NCBI GenBank assembly: GCA_016186245.1
Contig: JACPLZ010000011.1
Coordinates: 1-46,968, forward strand
Length of the DNA stretch: 46,968 nt
From: Candidatus Peregrinibacteria bacterium
GTDB taxonomy: Bacteria > Patescibacteriota > Gracilibacteria > UBA1369 > LOWO2-01-FULL-3
Direction of reading: 5' to 3'
Numbering within the stretch: position 1 is the stretch's first letter; every line of letters starts with the position of its first letter. A program made the translations under genes and the position numbers. The notes beneath the pieces were generated by a model. It ran no database searches. It was not told where the DNA came from and saw nothing but the letters and a program-made list of their open reading frames with translations. Below, piece by piece: positions 8,845 to 18,909 of the stretch.

Positions 8845-10647
8845 TTACTCCCATTCAATAGTGCCGGGAGGTTTATTTGTCACATCGTAAAAGACCGCCG
8901 AGATTCCTTTTAATCCGATCAGCCGTTTTATAAGTTCGTTCAATTTTTCAAAATCCATTCTGTAAAAATTTGCCGTCATGGCCTCTTCGCTGCAAACCGG
9001 CCTTAGGACAAGCGATTCTCCACTTTGATTATTCACTTTTAATGGCAGTAAAACTGTCGGGAATTGCCATATCTCCCTGTTGATTTTGGCTTCAGCAAGG
9101 TAATTCATCACAATCATATCAGCCTGTTGGATAGTCGAAATACGCTCTCTGCTCAGGTCTGAAGGGTCGACCACAAAACTATCAAAAGCATCAGGAGATA
9201 AGCCATAAACTACCCTGTTCACACCTTTAAATTGATTAGTCAGTCGACTAGACAGAGTGTCCAGGTCATCCCAAGAAAGTGGCTTGCCGTAGACCAAAGC
9301 TGGATGTCGATAAGTGCGTTCATCCCCCTGTACGCCCACGCTTTTTATCGGCAATACTTTTATTTTCATACCAAAGCGATCGGCAATTTGCTGCATTTCC
9401 GCTTCCAGCGATTCTTTTGACTCAATATTATCCAACCCTTTGGCGCACAGACATCTCACCGCCAACCCTGGACCAGGAAAAGGATGCCTCCATACCAAAT
9501 GCTCCGGCAGCCCCAGTCGCTCGCCAACGAGACGCACCTCATCCTTGTACAGCTGTTTTAAGGGTTCAATCACTTTACCGGCCTCATCAAGTTTTTTTAT
9601 CCGCTCAACTTGATTATGATGTGTCTTTATCACATCGGCATGTCTGGTGCCGCCGGTTTCAATTGTGTCGGGGTAAATTGTTCCCTGTCCCAAAAACCAT
9701 TCATCTGGATTTAAACCCAGCCTTTCGGAAACTTTTTCCTGTATGTCCAAAAATAAATCGCCAATAATCTGGCGTTTTTTTTCCGGCTCATAAATTTCTT
9801 TTAAGGCCGCAAAATATTCTTCACTTGCATCGTAGACGTGCAGGTTCCCAATGCCTACGGATTTCAAAGCTTCTTCGACTTCTTTTCTCTCATTCATGCG
9901 CATAAAACCGGTATCCACAAACAGCCCATACACACGATCTGACCCCAAAACTTTTTCCAAAAGCAAAAATGCCACTGTGCTGTCCACCCCGCCGCTGATC
10001 ATCAAAAAAACTTTTTTACCACCCACCTTCATCTTTATTTCTTCCATCATTTTTTCCACGTACTGGTCAAGATTCCATTCGCGTTTTGCGCCTGTCAATG
10101 CGATAAAATTTTCAAAAATCTGCTTGCCACAGGGCGTATGGGTTACTTCCGGATGGAACTGCATGGAGTAGAAATTTCGCTTGTAATCGGCCATCGCAGC
10201 AATTGGACAATCCTCTGTCCCTCCAACAATTTCAAATCCTTCCGGCACTTTTACCACTTGGTCAAAATGACTCATCCATACTTTTTCCTCATTTTCCAGT
10301 CCTTCAAAAATGCCTTTTTTCTGCTGGAACTTCACAACCGCAGGACCATATTCGCTCATCACGCCGGGCTCGACTTCGCCTCCCAAAGCATAGGCCGTCA
10401 TTTGATGGCCATAGCAGATTCCCAAAACGGGGACTCCCAGTTCATAAATACCCGCATCTGCTTTTGGACTCTCCGGTGCATTTACGCTTGCAGGCCCTCC
10501 GGACAAAATAATTCCCATGTAATCTTTCAGTTTTTGCGCAGGAGCAGTGCCATCTAAAATCTCCGAATAAACACCCATGCGTCTGACCCGGTTGGCAATA
10601 AGATGCGCGTATTGTCCTCCAAAATCCAGTACTGCAATCTTGTCCAT
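8845..10647 (-). CDS. guaA: GMP synthase (glutamine-hydrolysing), long form
   Basis: LDFGGQY, GICYGHQ, QFHPEV, SGGVDS, IKTHHN, RHPFPGPGL, KPPGTIEWE. Confidence 0.97.
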   Translation of the reverse strand: MDKIAVLDFGGQYAHLIANRVRRMGVYSEILDGTAPAQKLKDYMGIILSGGPASVNAPESPKADAGIYELGVPVLGICYGHQMTAYALGGEVEPGVMSEYGPAVVKFQQKKGIFEGLENEEKVWMSHFDQVVKVPEGFEIVGGTEDCPIAAMADYKRNFYSMQFHPEVTHTPCGKQIFENFIALTGAKREWNLDQYVEKMMEEIKMKVGGKKVFLMISGGVDSTVAFLLLEKVLGSDRVYGLFVDTGFMRMNERKEVEEALKSVGIGNLHVYDASEEYFAALKEIYEPEKKRQIIGDLFLDIQEKVSERLGLNPDEWFLGQGTIYPDTIETGGTRHADVIKTHHNQVERIKKLDEAGKVIEPLKQLYKDEVRLVGERLGLPEHLVWRHPFPGPGLAVRCLCAKGLDNIESKESLEAEMQQIADRFGMKIKVLPIKSVGVQGDERTYRHPALVYGKPLSWDDLDTLSSRLTNQFKGVNRVVYGLSPDAFDSFVVDPSDLSRERISTIQQADMIVMNYLAEAKINREIWQFPTVLLPLKVNNQSGESLVLRPVCSEEAMTANFYRMDFEKLNELIKRLIGLKGISAVFYDVTNKPPGTIEWE

Positions 10648-12233
10648 TATTTCATCTTCTTAAGAAGTTTTTTGGCTTTTTCCATCGCCTTTTTTTCTTT
10701 TTTGACAGTGTCCTCAAGCGGCCTCATAAGAGGGAACATCACCACATCTTTTAAATTATCCTGCGCACAAAGCAGCGTAATCAGGCGGTCAACACCCATG
10801 CCCCAGCCGGACACGCAGGGCATCCCGTGTTCCATCGCCAGCAGATATTCTTCATTCATCATCATGGCCTCCTCATCGCCCTGGGCCTTTGCCAAAGACT
10901 GTTTTTCAAATCTCTCGCGCTGATCAAGAGGATCCACGATCTCGCTATATGCGTTGATAATTTCCCATGTATTCACCAAAAGCTGAAAAGTATCGCACAA
11001 CCTTGGATCATCATCGTTTTTACGCGCCAATGGTTTTGTGCTTAAAGGATGCTGGATAACAAAGGTCGGTTGAATCAATTTCGGCCTGGAAACTTTTTTA
11101 TATAAATGATCGACCAGATTTCCATATCCCAGATTTTCCGCGCCATCGATGACGATTTTTTTCCTTTTGATTTCTTTCAATAGGGAAGCCGGTTCATCAA
11201 ATTTTAGCACATCAATACCGCAATCTTTTTTAATCAGTTCTGTGAATTTTTTGCGCGGCCAGGGAGGAGTAAAATCAATGTCCACTTCTTTGCCATCCCT
11301 GTCTTTTACTTTGACTTTCAACGTTCCCAGCAGTTTTTTTAAAATAGCCACAAACATCCGTTCGGTAAATTTCATATTGTCATCGTAATTCCAATAAGCG
11401 GCGTAATGCTCGATCATCGTAAATTCCTGGAGATGGCTCGGATCAAGACCCTCATTTCGGAAGCATCTGGCCACCTCGAAAGTTTTTTCAAAACCGCCTA
11501 CCATGGCCATTTTCTGCCACAATTCACCGGCCGCGATCCGCAGATAAACATCAATGTCGAGCGCATTATGATGGGTGATAAACGGTTTTGCAGAGGCGCC
11601 GGATGAAACATTTTCCAGCACCGGAGTTTCAATCTCGACAAACCCTTCCGACCAGTAAAATTCCCGAAAAGCGCGGACAAGATTGCTTCTCAAAATAAAT
11701 CTTTGCAAAACATCTCGATCCATGACGGTATCGAGATAACGCTGTCGATATTTGGTTTCCTGGTCTTGCACACCGTGCCATTTTTCCGGCAGAGGACGCA
11801 GAGCCTTGGACAGTAAAATCACTTTGGAAACCAGCGCTGTAATCTCGCCATGTCTTGTTTTAAACAACTCGCCTTCAACGCCGATAAAATCCCCCATGTC
11901 AATTTTTCGGATGAATTTATAGGCTTCATTGCCCATCAAGTCCTGCATGAAGCAGACCTGAATTTTCCCCGAAAAATCCTGGATATGTCCAAATGTCAGT
12001 TTCCCATGCTCACGCAAAGTCATCAGTCGTCCGCAAAGTTTAAGTGGATTTTTGGAAGGATTTTTTAGAATGGCATCCGCCTCGCGCAAGGTGTCTTTTG
12101 AGCCTTTCTCAAGCGCGTCTATGGCGAAATGTGTCCGCTCAAAACGCGCCGCATATGGATTTATTCCCTGCTTTCGCAGCTCCGCCACTTTCTGCAAACG
12201 TACATGAAACTCATTGTTATCGGCACCGGACAT
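10647..12233 (-). CDS. lysS: Lysine--tRNA ligase (class II)
   Basis: OB-fold, YRQRYLD, FRNEG..HLQEFTMIE, GWGMGVDRL; stop overlaps guaA start (TAATG). Confidence 0.97.
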   Translation of the reverse strand: MSGADNNEFHVRLQKVAELRKQGINPYAARFERTHFAIDALEKGSKDTLREADAILKNPSKNPLKLCGRLMTLREHGKLTFGHIQDFSGKIQVCFMQDLMGNEAYKFIRKIDMGDFIGVEGELFKTRHGEITALVSKVILLSKALRPLPEKWHGVQDQETKYRQRYLDTVMDRDVLQRFILRSNLVRAFREFYWSEGFVEIETPVLENVSSGASAKPFITHHNALDIDVYLRIAAGELWQKMAMVGGFEKTFEVARCFRNEGLDPSHLQEFTMIEHYAAYWNYDDNMKFTERMFVAILKKLLGTLKVKVKDRDGKEVDIDFTPPWPRKKFTELIKKDCGIDVLKFDEPASLLKEIKRKKIVIDGAENLGYGNLVDHLYKKVSRPKLIQPTFVIQHPLSTKPLARKNDDDPRLCDTFQLLVNTWEIINAYSEIVDPLDQRERFEKQSLAKAQGDEEAMMMNEEYLLAMEHGMPCVSGWGMGVDRLITLLCAQDNLKDVVMFPLMRPLEDTVKKEKKAMEKAKKLLKKMK

Positions 12234-12302
12234 GGAGGCATTATAAAAGGCGGAAAGCTAATTTACCAGTCATAACTGAACAATTCCACACCCACGCCAA
12301 AA

Positions 12303-14942
12303 TTATTCGCTCACCCCGTACTCTTCAAACTTCCTCGTCTTTTCAATATCAAGAAATTTCATCTGCTCTTTTTTGAAAGCAAGCTCCACATGTCCAACAG
12401 GGCCATTTCGATGCTTGCGGATATACACATCCGTAACACCTTTTTTTTCGGTATCTTCCTCATAATAATCTTCACGATAAATCATCAGCACCACGTCGCT
12501 GTCTTGTTCAATCGCACCTGAGTTATGCGACACAATATTATTTGCTAAAAAGCAAGATTCTTGTGGAACAGTCATGTCGTAAACCTCCTCTTCACCGGCA
12601 GCCTCAATTTTCACAATTTTATCCCAAAATAAATTATTATTACATTCCAGCTCTAAATCATGATCTGCAAGCCAAAAAGCGTAATTAAACACCAAATTTC
12701 GTGAAGGAGAAAAATTAAAATGGGCAGAGCCACAATAAGAAACTTCCCTTAACTCTGCCATTTGTCTAGCCGTTAAACCTACTCTTTCCATAGATTTTTT
12801 TATCTTAGTAAATATCTGTTGCGGCAAAGTATCAATATCTGTATTTGGAATAACGCCTTCCAGGGCTTTGCTCAATTTCACTGCTTGTGTTTTTCTTGGG
12901 CCAAAAGATCCGACATGGTTCAGAAACTTTTTTAAATCTTTTGCGCCATAAATAGTCACCATATAATTTGGCTTATATTCCCCTTTACGAACACGATATA
13001 TTCTTGCAACTATTCCAAATCTCAACAGCAGCGTCATTACATCAAAAGCTAAACCCTGGCTGTTTGTTGAGTAATGAATAACATGACTACATTTGCTGTT
13101 TCCTTTTCTTGTAAAAATAGTCCCATCGGTAGCCCAAAGGTGACGAAGCAGGGTTGCTATTTTTTGATTGCTTAGCTTAAAAGCCGCCACCGGAATACGT
13201 TTCTGATGGGATCGTTGCCCAAATATTTCCAATTCTCTAAACCATTTGTTGACACCGTCATAATGCCATCGATTTCCATTTCCGCTCAATAAAAGCTGAT
13301 GCCAGCTCCTTCTTCCCTTATATCTTGTTACTTTCATGCCAAATTCTTTCTCAGCTGCCTTTTTTACAAAAGCGCTGTTTTCCTCAGAGCTCGTGGTATA
13401 TCGCATCGGAGCATTATTCAAATAGCTTCCGTCACCGATCATTTGTCCCAGCAGGCCAATCCGATAATCAGACCAATCCTCCGCGCCATCCGGTTCTGGC
13501 AACTCATGAGCAATGGCTATCCTCTCTCCCTTTTTCATCATTCCAATTTTTTTCCATCCATCTCCTGTCATCAGTCGATGATTTGCAGTTGCAGTAACCT
13601 CCAGGCCTGTTGCCAATTTCACTTTAAATACAGGCTTTGTCCCGACCTTCCAAACTTTTTCACTTTTTGATTTAATTAATTTCCCTTGAGTATTAACTGC
13701 CAAAACTTCCGGTTCTTTATCCACCAATTCTTTAACCGGCACTCTGGTTCCATCTGCCAAAGTTATCAAGGTATCGCCAACAAGACATTCCCTCAAATCC
13801 GACAATTGCGGGATTTTACTCGGCCTTAATTCCACCGCTCTCGACAGCTGTGAGAGGGCGATAATGGGAATAGAAAGATCGCGCGCCAGAGCCTTTAACG
13901 ACCGCGAAATTTCACTGATTTCCTGCACGCGGTTTACCTGGAAAGAACCCGACATTCCTGTACTCATAAGCTGCAAATAATCGACCACAAGCAAATCCAG
14001 GCCGCTCTCCATTTTTAATCGTCTGGCTTTTGCTTTTAATTCCGCAATCGAATTTCCAATCGAATCATCGATAAAAATTTTCATGGAATTTAATTCATCC
14101 ATCACCGCTCCGATTTTACCAAAGTCCTCATCGGTCAATTGCCCGGTCCTCATCTTCCACGAATCTACGGAAAGCAGACTACAAAACATGCGCTCCACAA
14201 GCTGCTCCTTGGACATTTCCAGAGAAATAATAGCCACGGCATGCCCCTTTTTGGCTACATTCTGGGCTATATTCAATGCGAGAGCGGTTTTGCCCATTGA
14301 CGGCCTTGCGGCCAAAACAACAAGATCTGATGGCTGCAGGCCTGACAAAATATTATCCAGTGATTTAAATCCTGTCGGAATTCCACGATATTTTTCCTTA
14401 ACATCAGGATCATGGAGGTCGGAAATTTTTTCATAGGTTTTATTGAGGACATCTTTGATATGGACAAATCGATCCGCCATAAACGTCTGGGAGACGCCAA
14501 AAATCGTTTTTTCCGCATTGTCGATCAGATTTTCAACATCTTCATTTTCCATGTATCCAAAGCCCTTAATCGTATCTCCTGCAATGATCAGTTTCCTCAA
14601 AATCGCCTTTTGCTTAACAATCGTCGCGTATTGAAAAATGTGGGTCGCGGTAGGGACTTCATTGGCCAATTGGGCGAGATAGGAAGCTCCGCCGATCAAT
14701 TTCAACTCACCGCGGTCTTCGAGAATATTAACAAGCGTGACAAGATCGATAGGGGAGCGCTTGTCGTACAAATCGAGAATTGCCTTATAAATAAGCCGAT
14801 GGGCATCATGATAAAAGTCCTCCGGTTTGAGAAAATCGGAAATCTTGACGATCGCGTCTTTATCGATCAGCACGGAACCTATAGCCGATCTCTCGGCCTC
14901 CAGACTGTGCGGCGGCACATGTGAATCCATCAAATTGGCCAT
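12303..14942 (-). CDS. dnaB: Replicative DNA helicase DnaB with intein
   Basis: PPHSLEAE, AARPSMGKT, VVDYLQLM, LSQLSR, LSDLRE|intein|SGAIEQDSD, KHRNGP. Confidence 0.97.
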   Translation of the reverse strand: MANLMDSHVPPHSLEAERSAIGSVLIDKDAIVKISDFLKPEDFYHDAHRLIYKAILDLYDKRSPIDLVTLVNILEDRGELKLIGGASYLAQLANEVPTATHIFQYATIVKQKAILRKLIIAGDTIKGFGYMENEDVENLIDNAEKTIFGVSQTFMADRFVHIKDVLNKTYEKISDLHDPDVKEKYRGIPTGFKSLDNILSGLQPSDLVVLAARPSMGKTALALNIAQNVAKKGHAVAIISLEMSKEQLVERMFCSLLSVDSWKMRTGQLTDEDFGKIGAVMDELNSMKIFIDDSIGNSIAELKAKARRLKMESGLDLLVVDYLQLMSTGMSGSFQVNRVQEISEISRSLKALARDLSIPIIALSQLSRAVELRPSKIPQLSDLRECLVGDTLITLADGTRVPVKELVDKEPEVLAVNTQGKLIKSKSEKVWKVGTKPVFKVKLATGLEVTATANHRLMTGDGWKKIGMMKKGERIAIAHELPEPDGAEDWSDYRIGLLGQMIGDGSYLNNAPMRYTTSSEENSAFVKKAAEKEFGMKVTRYKGRRSWHQLLLSGNGNRWHYDGVNKWFRELEIFGQRSHQKRIPVAAFKLSNQKIATLLRHLWATDGTIFTRKGNSKCSHVIHYSTNSQGLAFDVMTLLLRFGIVARIYRVRKGEYKPNYMVTIYGAKDLKKFLNHVGSFGPRKTQAVKLSKALEGVIPNTDIDTLPQQIFTKIKKSMERVGLTARQMAELREVSYCGSAHFNFSPSRNLVFNYAFWLADHDLELECNNNLFWDKIVKIEAAGEEEVYDMTVPQESCFLANNIVSHNSGAIEQDSDVVLMIYREDYYEEDTEKKGVTDVYIRKHRNGPVGHVELAFKKEQMKFLDIEKTRKFEEYGVSE
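12522..13787 (-). mobile_element. Intein (422 aa) with LAGLIDADG-type homing endonuclease domain
   Basis: Starts CLVGDT, block B TANHR, ends VSHN followed by Ser; LLGQMIGDG and LLRHLWATDG motifs. Confidence 0.93.
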
Positions 14943-15054
14943 AGTGGAAATTCTTGATTTTGGATCAGAACTATAGATTTTCGCGGAGCAAAAATCAAGT
15001 TTTGTATTGTATCACAGTTAAGTTTCCATTGGTCGCAGGATTGCAATTGATTAA

Positions 15055-15215
15055 GGAACCTCTGAAAAACCTCCAACCTACTGCAATTTTCAGAATTTGG
15101 CTGCAAATGATTCATCTCTCGTCGACGTATCTTTTCTGATATGCCTCCTCGAGCTTCATCATTTTCGCTCAAATTCTGAAAATTTCGTAACGGCCGGAGG
15201 TTTTTCAGAGGTTCC
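15055..15215. mobile_element. 161-bp palindromic MITE/RPE-like element
   Basis: Perfect 20-bp terminal inverted repeat GGAACCTCTGAAAAACCTCC; internal AATTTTCAGAATTTG/CAAATTCTGAAAATT stem. Confidence 0.75.
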
Positions 15216-15283
15216 ATAAAAGATTTTAGAATAATTTAATAAGTTGATGCTAGCGTGGCAATGTCTAAATTCTAAAAACACAG

Positions 15284-15661
15284 ATGCCAAGCCAAAAATC
15301 GCAACTTGGAACTCTCGGCGAAAATTACGCGGAAAGTTACCTGGTTTCACGGAATTATCTTATTCTTTGTAAAAATTACCGCTGCCGGTTTGGTGAAATA
15401 GATATCATCGCGGTTGACTATTCGAATGGGGAATTATGTTTTGTTGAAGTCAAAACCCGCACCTCCTCACTCTTTGGCGAGCCGCAGGATGCCGTGGATT
15501 ACCGGAAAAAAGAAAAAATTTTCAAAACTGCGCTGCATTTTTTTCAGACATCAACACAAAAACACCCGTCTATTTGGAGAAGTGATGTTATTGCCGTAAA
15601 ATTGGACGCAGAGCGCCGGTTTGCCGGAATTGAACATTTTAAAAATATTTTCAATGGATAA
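15284..15661 (+). CDS. yraN: YraN family (UPF0102) nuclease
   Basis: LGTLGENYA, NYRCRFGEIDIIA, FVEVKTR. Confidence 0.92.
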   Translation: MPSQKSQLGTLGENYAESYLVSRNYLILCKNYRCRFGEIDIIAVDYSNGELCFVEVKTRTSSLFGEPQDAVDYRKKEKIFKTALHFFQTSTQKHPSIWRSDVIAVKLDAERRFAGIEHFKNIFNG

Positions 15662-16643
15662 AGAACAGAAAAAAGCGTTTGCGATAGGCATTTTTGCTTT
15701 CACGGTAATTGCCATTGGCGTGATTTTTTTCCTTTTTGGTGATCGGATTTTACGCGGGAAACTGGAAATTACAGCCGAAACGCCATATTCCGTGGAGATA
15801 TTTGATGGGGGCATTTACAAATGTTTGAGTACGCCATGTGTGATGGATTTGTCATACGGCACTAAAGATCTGCTGCTTAAAAAAGCGGATCATAAAACGA
15901 TTATTGCCGAAGCAAAAATTGGAATTTGGAAAACTGAAAAACTTGCGTTTGAATTTGAAATAAATCCGCAGATTACCCGCGCCGAGTCGCTGCCGGAAAC
16001 ATTGCCGAAAAAAGAATACCGGCTTGTTGAAGCTAAAAATGGCATGCAGAAACTGATAGAGGCCGGTGATGATCGCGGGTTGGCTATTGTTTATTTTAAT
16101 CCACCGCTGAAAAACAGCCGCATTATAGCCGGCGAAAAAACAGCTCTGATAATGGAAGATACCGCTGTTTATAAAATTGATCTCGAAAAAAAATCGCGCG
16201 AAATAGTGGAGAATAGGGAATTTTTGGATATTGTTGAAGGCAACTGGTCGCCTGACGGACATTATCTGGTTTTTACGCGGAAAGGATTGCCGAATTTATG
16301 GCTGTTTGACGGCCTGAAAGTTTTTGAAACTGATTTGAATATCGGCTTAAATCAGACCGCTTGGGCTTACGACAACAGTCTGGTTTTTGTAACGGAGCAG
16401 GGCGCCGGTACCGCCGTCGAATCCGGCAAATACGGCAACAGTTACATCAATATTCTGGCGGAAAAATCTCCCGCCGGTTTTATCTTCGGTTTTTATCATC
16501 CCGATGAGAATTCGTACACGAAAATTGATACATTTGGTGAAATCCCATCGCTGCCACAAGGGTTGATTCCCTCAGCTACAGGCCATATAATCTACTTCCA
16601 AGCCGCCGGTGAAAACTTTAAAATTATTTTAAGAAAATTTTAG
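15654..16643 (+). CDS. Membrane-anchored hypothetical protein with PEGA-like and propeller-like segments
   Basis: N-terminal TM; beta-rich domain; WSPDGHYLVF TolB-like repeat. Confidence 0.7.
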   Translation: MDKEQKKAFAIGIFAFTVIAIGVIFFLFGDRILRGKLEITAETPYSVEIFDGGIYKCLSTPCVMDLSYGTKDLLLKKADHKTIIAEAKIGIWKTEKLAFEFEINPQITRAESLPETLPKKEYRLVEAKNGMQKLIEAGDDRGLAIVYFNPPLKNSRIIAGEKTALIMEDTAVYKIDLEKKSREIVENREFLDIVEGNWSPDGHYLVFTRKGLPNLWLFDGLKVFETDLNIGLNQTAWAYDNSLVFVTEQGAGTAVESGKYGNSYINILAEKSPAGFIFGFYHPDENSYTKIDTFGEIPSLPQGLIPSATGHIIYFQAAGENFKIILRKF

Positions 16644-16694
16644 AAAAATTTAATCTTTGTTTGCCATAATAAGCTTCATCCTTAACAAAATATT

Positions 16695-18221
16695 ATGGCA
16701 AATAAAGTTTTTTCCTGTGCTTTCACGGGACTGGATTGCCGCATCGTGGAAGTGGAAGCGGATATTTCGAGCGGAATGCCAAATTTCTCAATTGTTGGAC
16801 TGGGTGACACTTCGGTACAGGAATCCCGCGAACGTGTCCGCAGCAGCATCAAAAATAGCGGCGCAACCTTTCCGCCAACCCGGAAAACGGTAAATCTTGC
16901 TCCAGCGGAAATCCGCAAGCAGGGGAGTCATTTCGACCTTCCGATAGCTGCAAGCATTCTGCTCGCCAGCGGGCAAATCAAAGGCGGACCTCTTGAAAAT
17001 TCTCTTATCGTCGGTGAACTGTCTCTCGATGGAAACATTAAAGGCATTCACGGTATTTTGCCTATCACACAGCATGCAAAAGAACAGGGATTTTCCAGGA
17101 TTTTTCTGCCTGAAGTGAACGCCGGTGAAGCAGGTTTTATCGACAACATCGCCATTTACCCGCTTAATAATCTCCGGCAGTTTATTGATTATTGCAATTC
17201 TGGGATCAAAATTTGCGAATATGCGCGCGGAGAAAATGACATGCGGAATATTGGCGGCCAGGAACAATCAGACTACTCATTGTCGCAAATTATCGGATTG
17301 CACAGGGAAAAACGGGCGCTCGCCATTGCCGCTGCCGGCGGACATAATATCATTCTTGATGGGCCGCCGGGCACAGGCAAGACAATTTTAGCAAGGGCAT
17401 TCGCAGGTCTTTTGCCCCCGATGTCGCGCGATGAAATCCTCGAAACTACCAAAGTTTTTTCAATTGCGGGCATGATCGATCATAAAAATCCGCTTATAAC
17501 ACGCCGCCCTTTTCGGGAAGTGCATCATACGGCATCGGCTGTATCCATTATCGGGGGCGGAGATAAAAATCCCCGTCCGGGAGAGATCAGTCTGGCCCAT
17601 AACGGCGTTTTATTTTTTGACGAAATCCCGGAATTCCCGACAAAAATTTTGGAATGTCTGCGTCAGCCTCTTGAGGACAAATTTATCAACATCACCCGCG
17701 CAAATTTTTCAATTAAATTTCCAAGCAATTTTGTTTTTATAGCCACAATGAACCCATGTCATTGCGGCTATCGCAACGATCCTAAAATAAAATGCATTTG
17801 CAGCGATTATAATGTTTTGAATTATCGCAGGAAACTGTCAGGGCCGATCCTTGACCGGATAGATATTCTGCTCCAGGTACCCCTGGTTTCCATGAAGAAT
17901 ATTTTTGATGAAAACAGCATTGATGGGCAAAAAATGATTATCGGAAAAATCGCTATCGCCAGGCAAATTCAACTGGAAAGATTTAAGAACGACATCAGAA
18001 TCAGAAAAAATGCGGACATGCAGATAGAGCAGATTAAAAAATATTGCCAGCTTGGTCAGGAAAGCCAAAAAGCACTGGAGGAAGCACGCGAAAGGTTAAA
18101 TCTGTCGAATAGAGGATATATCAGAAGCATCAGGATTGCCCGCACCGTCGCAGACCTGGAATATTCGAGTAATATAAAAACCGAACACGTATTGGAGGCG
18201 CTGCAATTCCGTCATTCATGA
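16695..18221 (+). CDS. comM: ComM/YifB Mg-chelatase-like AAA+ ATPase
   Basis: VGLGDTSVQESRERVR, GPPGTGKT, PGEISLAHNGVLFFDE, NPCHCG, LSGPILDRID. Confidence 0.95.
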   Translation: MANKVFSCAFTGLDCRIVEVEADISSGMPNFSIVGLGDTSVQESRERVRSSIKNSGATFPPTRKTVNLAPAEIRKQGSHFDLPIAASILLASGQIKGGPLENSLIVGELSLDGNIKGIHGILPITQHAKEQGFSRIFLPEVNAGEAGFIDNIAIYPLNNLRQFIDYCNSGIKICEYARGENDMRNIGGQEQSDYSLSQIIGLHREKRALAIAAAGGHNIILDGPPGTGKTILARAFAGLLPPMSRDEILETTKVFSIAGMIDHKNPLITRRPFREVHHTASAVSIIGGGDKNPRPGEISLAHNGVLFFDEIPEFPTKILECLRQPLEDKFINITRANFSIKFPSNFVFIATMNPCHCGYRNDPKIKCICSDYNVLNYRRKLSGPILDRIDILLQVPLVSMKNIFDENSIDGQKMIIGKIAIARQIQLERFKNDIRIRKNADMQIEQIKKYCQLGQESQKALEEARERLNLSNRGYIRSIRIARTVADLEYSSNIKTEHVLEALQFRHS

Positions 18222-18343
18222 TAATCTTTTAGAATTGTACACTGCGGCGTCAGCTGCACCATTTTCTATTCGCTGTACCGGTAAGTACAGCTCGGTCGAA
18301 AATGGCTTGCTTTCTTGCATTGCAGTAATTCTAAAAGATTATC
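18220..18343 (-). mobile_element. 124-bp palindromic element, homolog of 45132-45255
   Basis: Perfect 17-bp terminal inverted repeat GATAATCTTTTAGAATT; central GCTGTAC/GTACAGC hairpin. Confidence 0.8.
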
Positions 18344-18366
18344 CAATTGAATGATATAATCCGCCC

Positions 18367-18909
18367 ATGACCGAGTGTTTTCGAATTTACGATTCCAATG
18401 GAAAACCGCAATCTACGTTAAAACCGCGTAATCAGGTACATGCGGATGGCGACTGGCATCGTGCCGTGGAAACATGGATTCTTAATTCAAAAAATGAATT
18501 GCTGATCCAAAAACGCGCCTCCGGTAAAGATTCCTTTCCCGACAAATGGGACGCCTCCTGCGCCGGACACATTGATGGGGATGAGGAAAGCATAAATACC
18601 GCCATCCGCGAGCTCAAAGAAGAACTTGGCCTCGAGATTAACGCAAGCGAGTTGCAATATCTTTTTGAAACCCGTGAAACAAATGTCACCAATAACGGGA
18701 GATTCATTGATAACGAAATCAAAGACATCTATTTGCTGGAACAAGACATTGATATAAATGATCTGAATCTTCAGGCTGAAGAAGTATCCACGGTACGATT
18801 TATCCATTTTCAAGACCTGGAAAAAATGATACAAGAAAACAGCGGTGATTTTGTCCCGCATAAAAATACTTACGCCGGATTATTTGCGTTTATCCGCCAA
18901 CATGCATAA
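18367..18909 (+). CDS. NUDIX hydrolase (IDI type 1/YfcD-like)
   Basis: WHRAV, LLIQKRA..KDSFPDKWD, AGHIDGDE..AIRELKEELGL Nudix box. Confidence 0.9.
   Translation: MTECFRIYDSNGKPQSTLKPRNQVHADGDWHRAVETWILNSKNELLIQKRASGKDSFPDKWDASCAGHIDGDEESINTAIRELKEELGLEINASELQYLFETRETNVTNNGRFIDNEIKDIYLLEQDIDINDLNLQAEEVSTVRFIHFQDLEKMIQENSGDFVPHKNTYAGLFAFIRQHA

Noticed and set aside
14930..15217. 95-aa ORF as an independent gene
   Set aside because: Mostly the palindromic element; no recognisable domain
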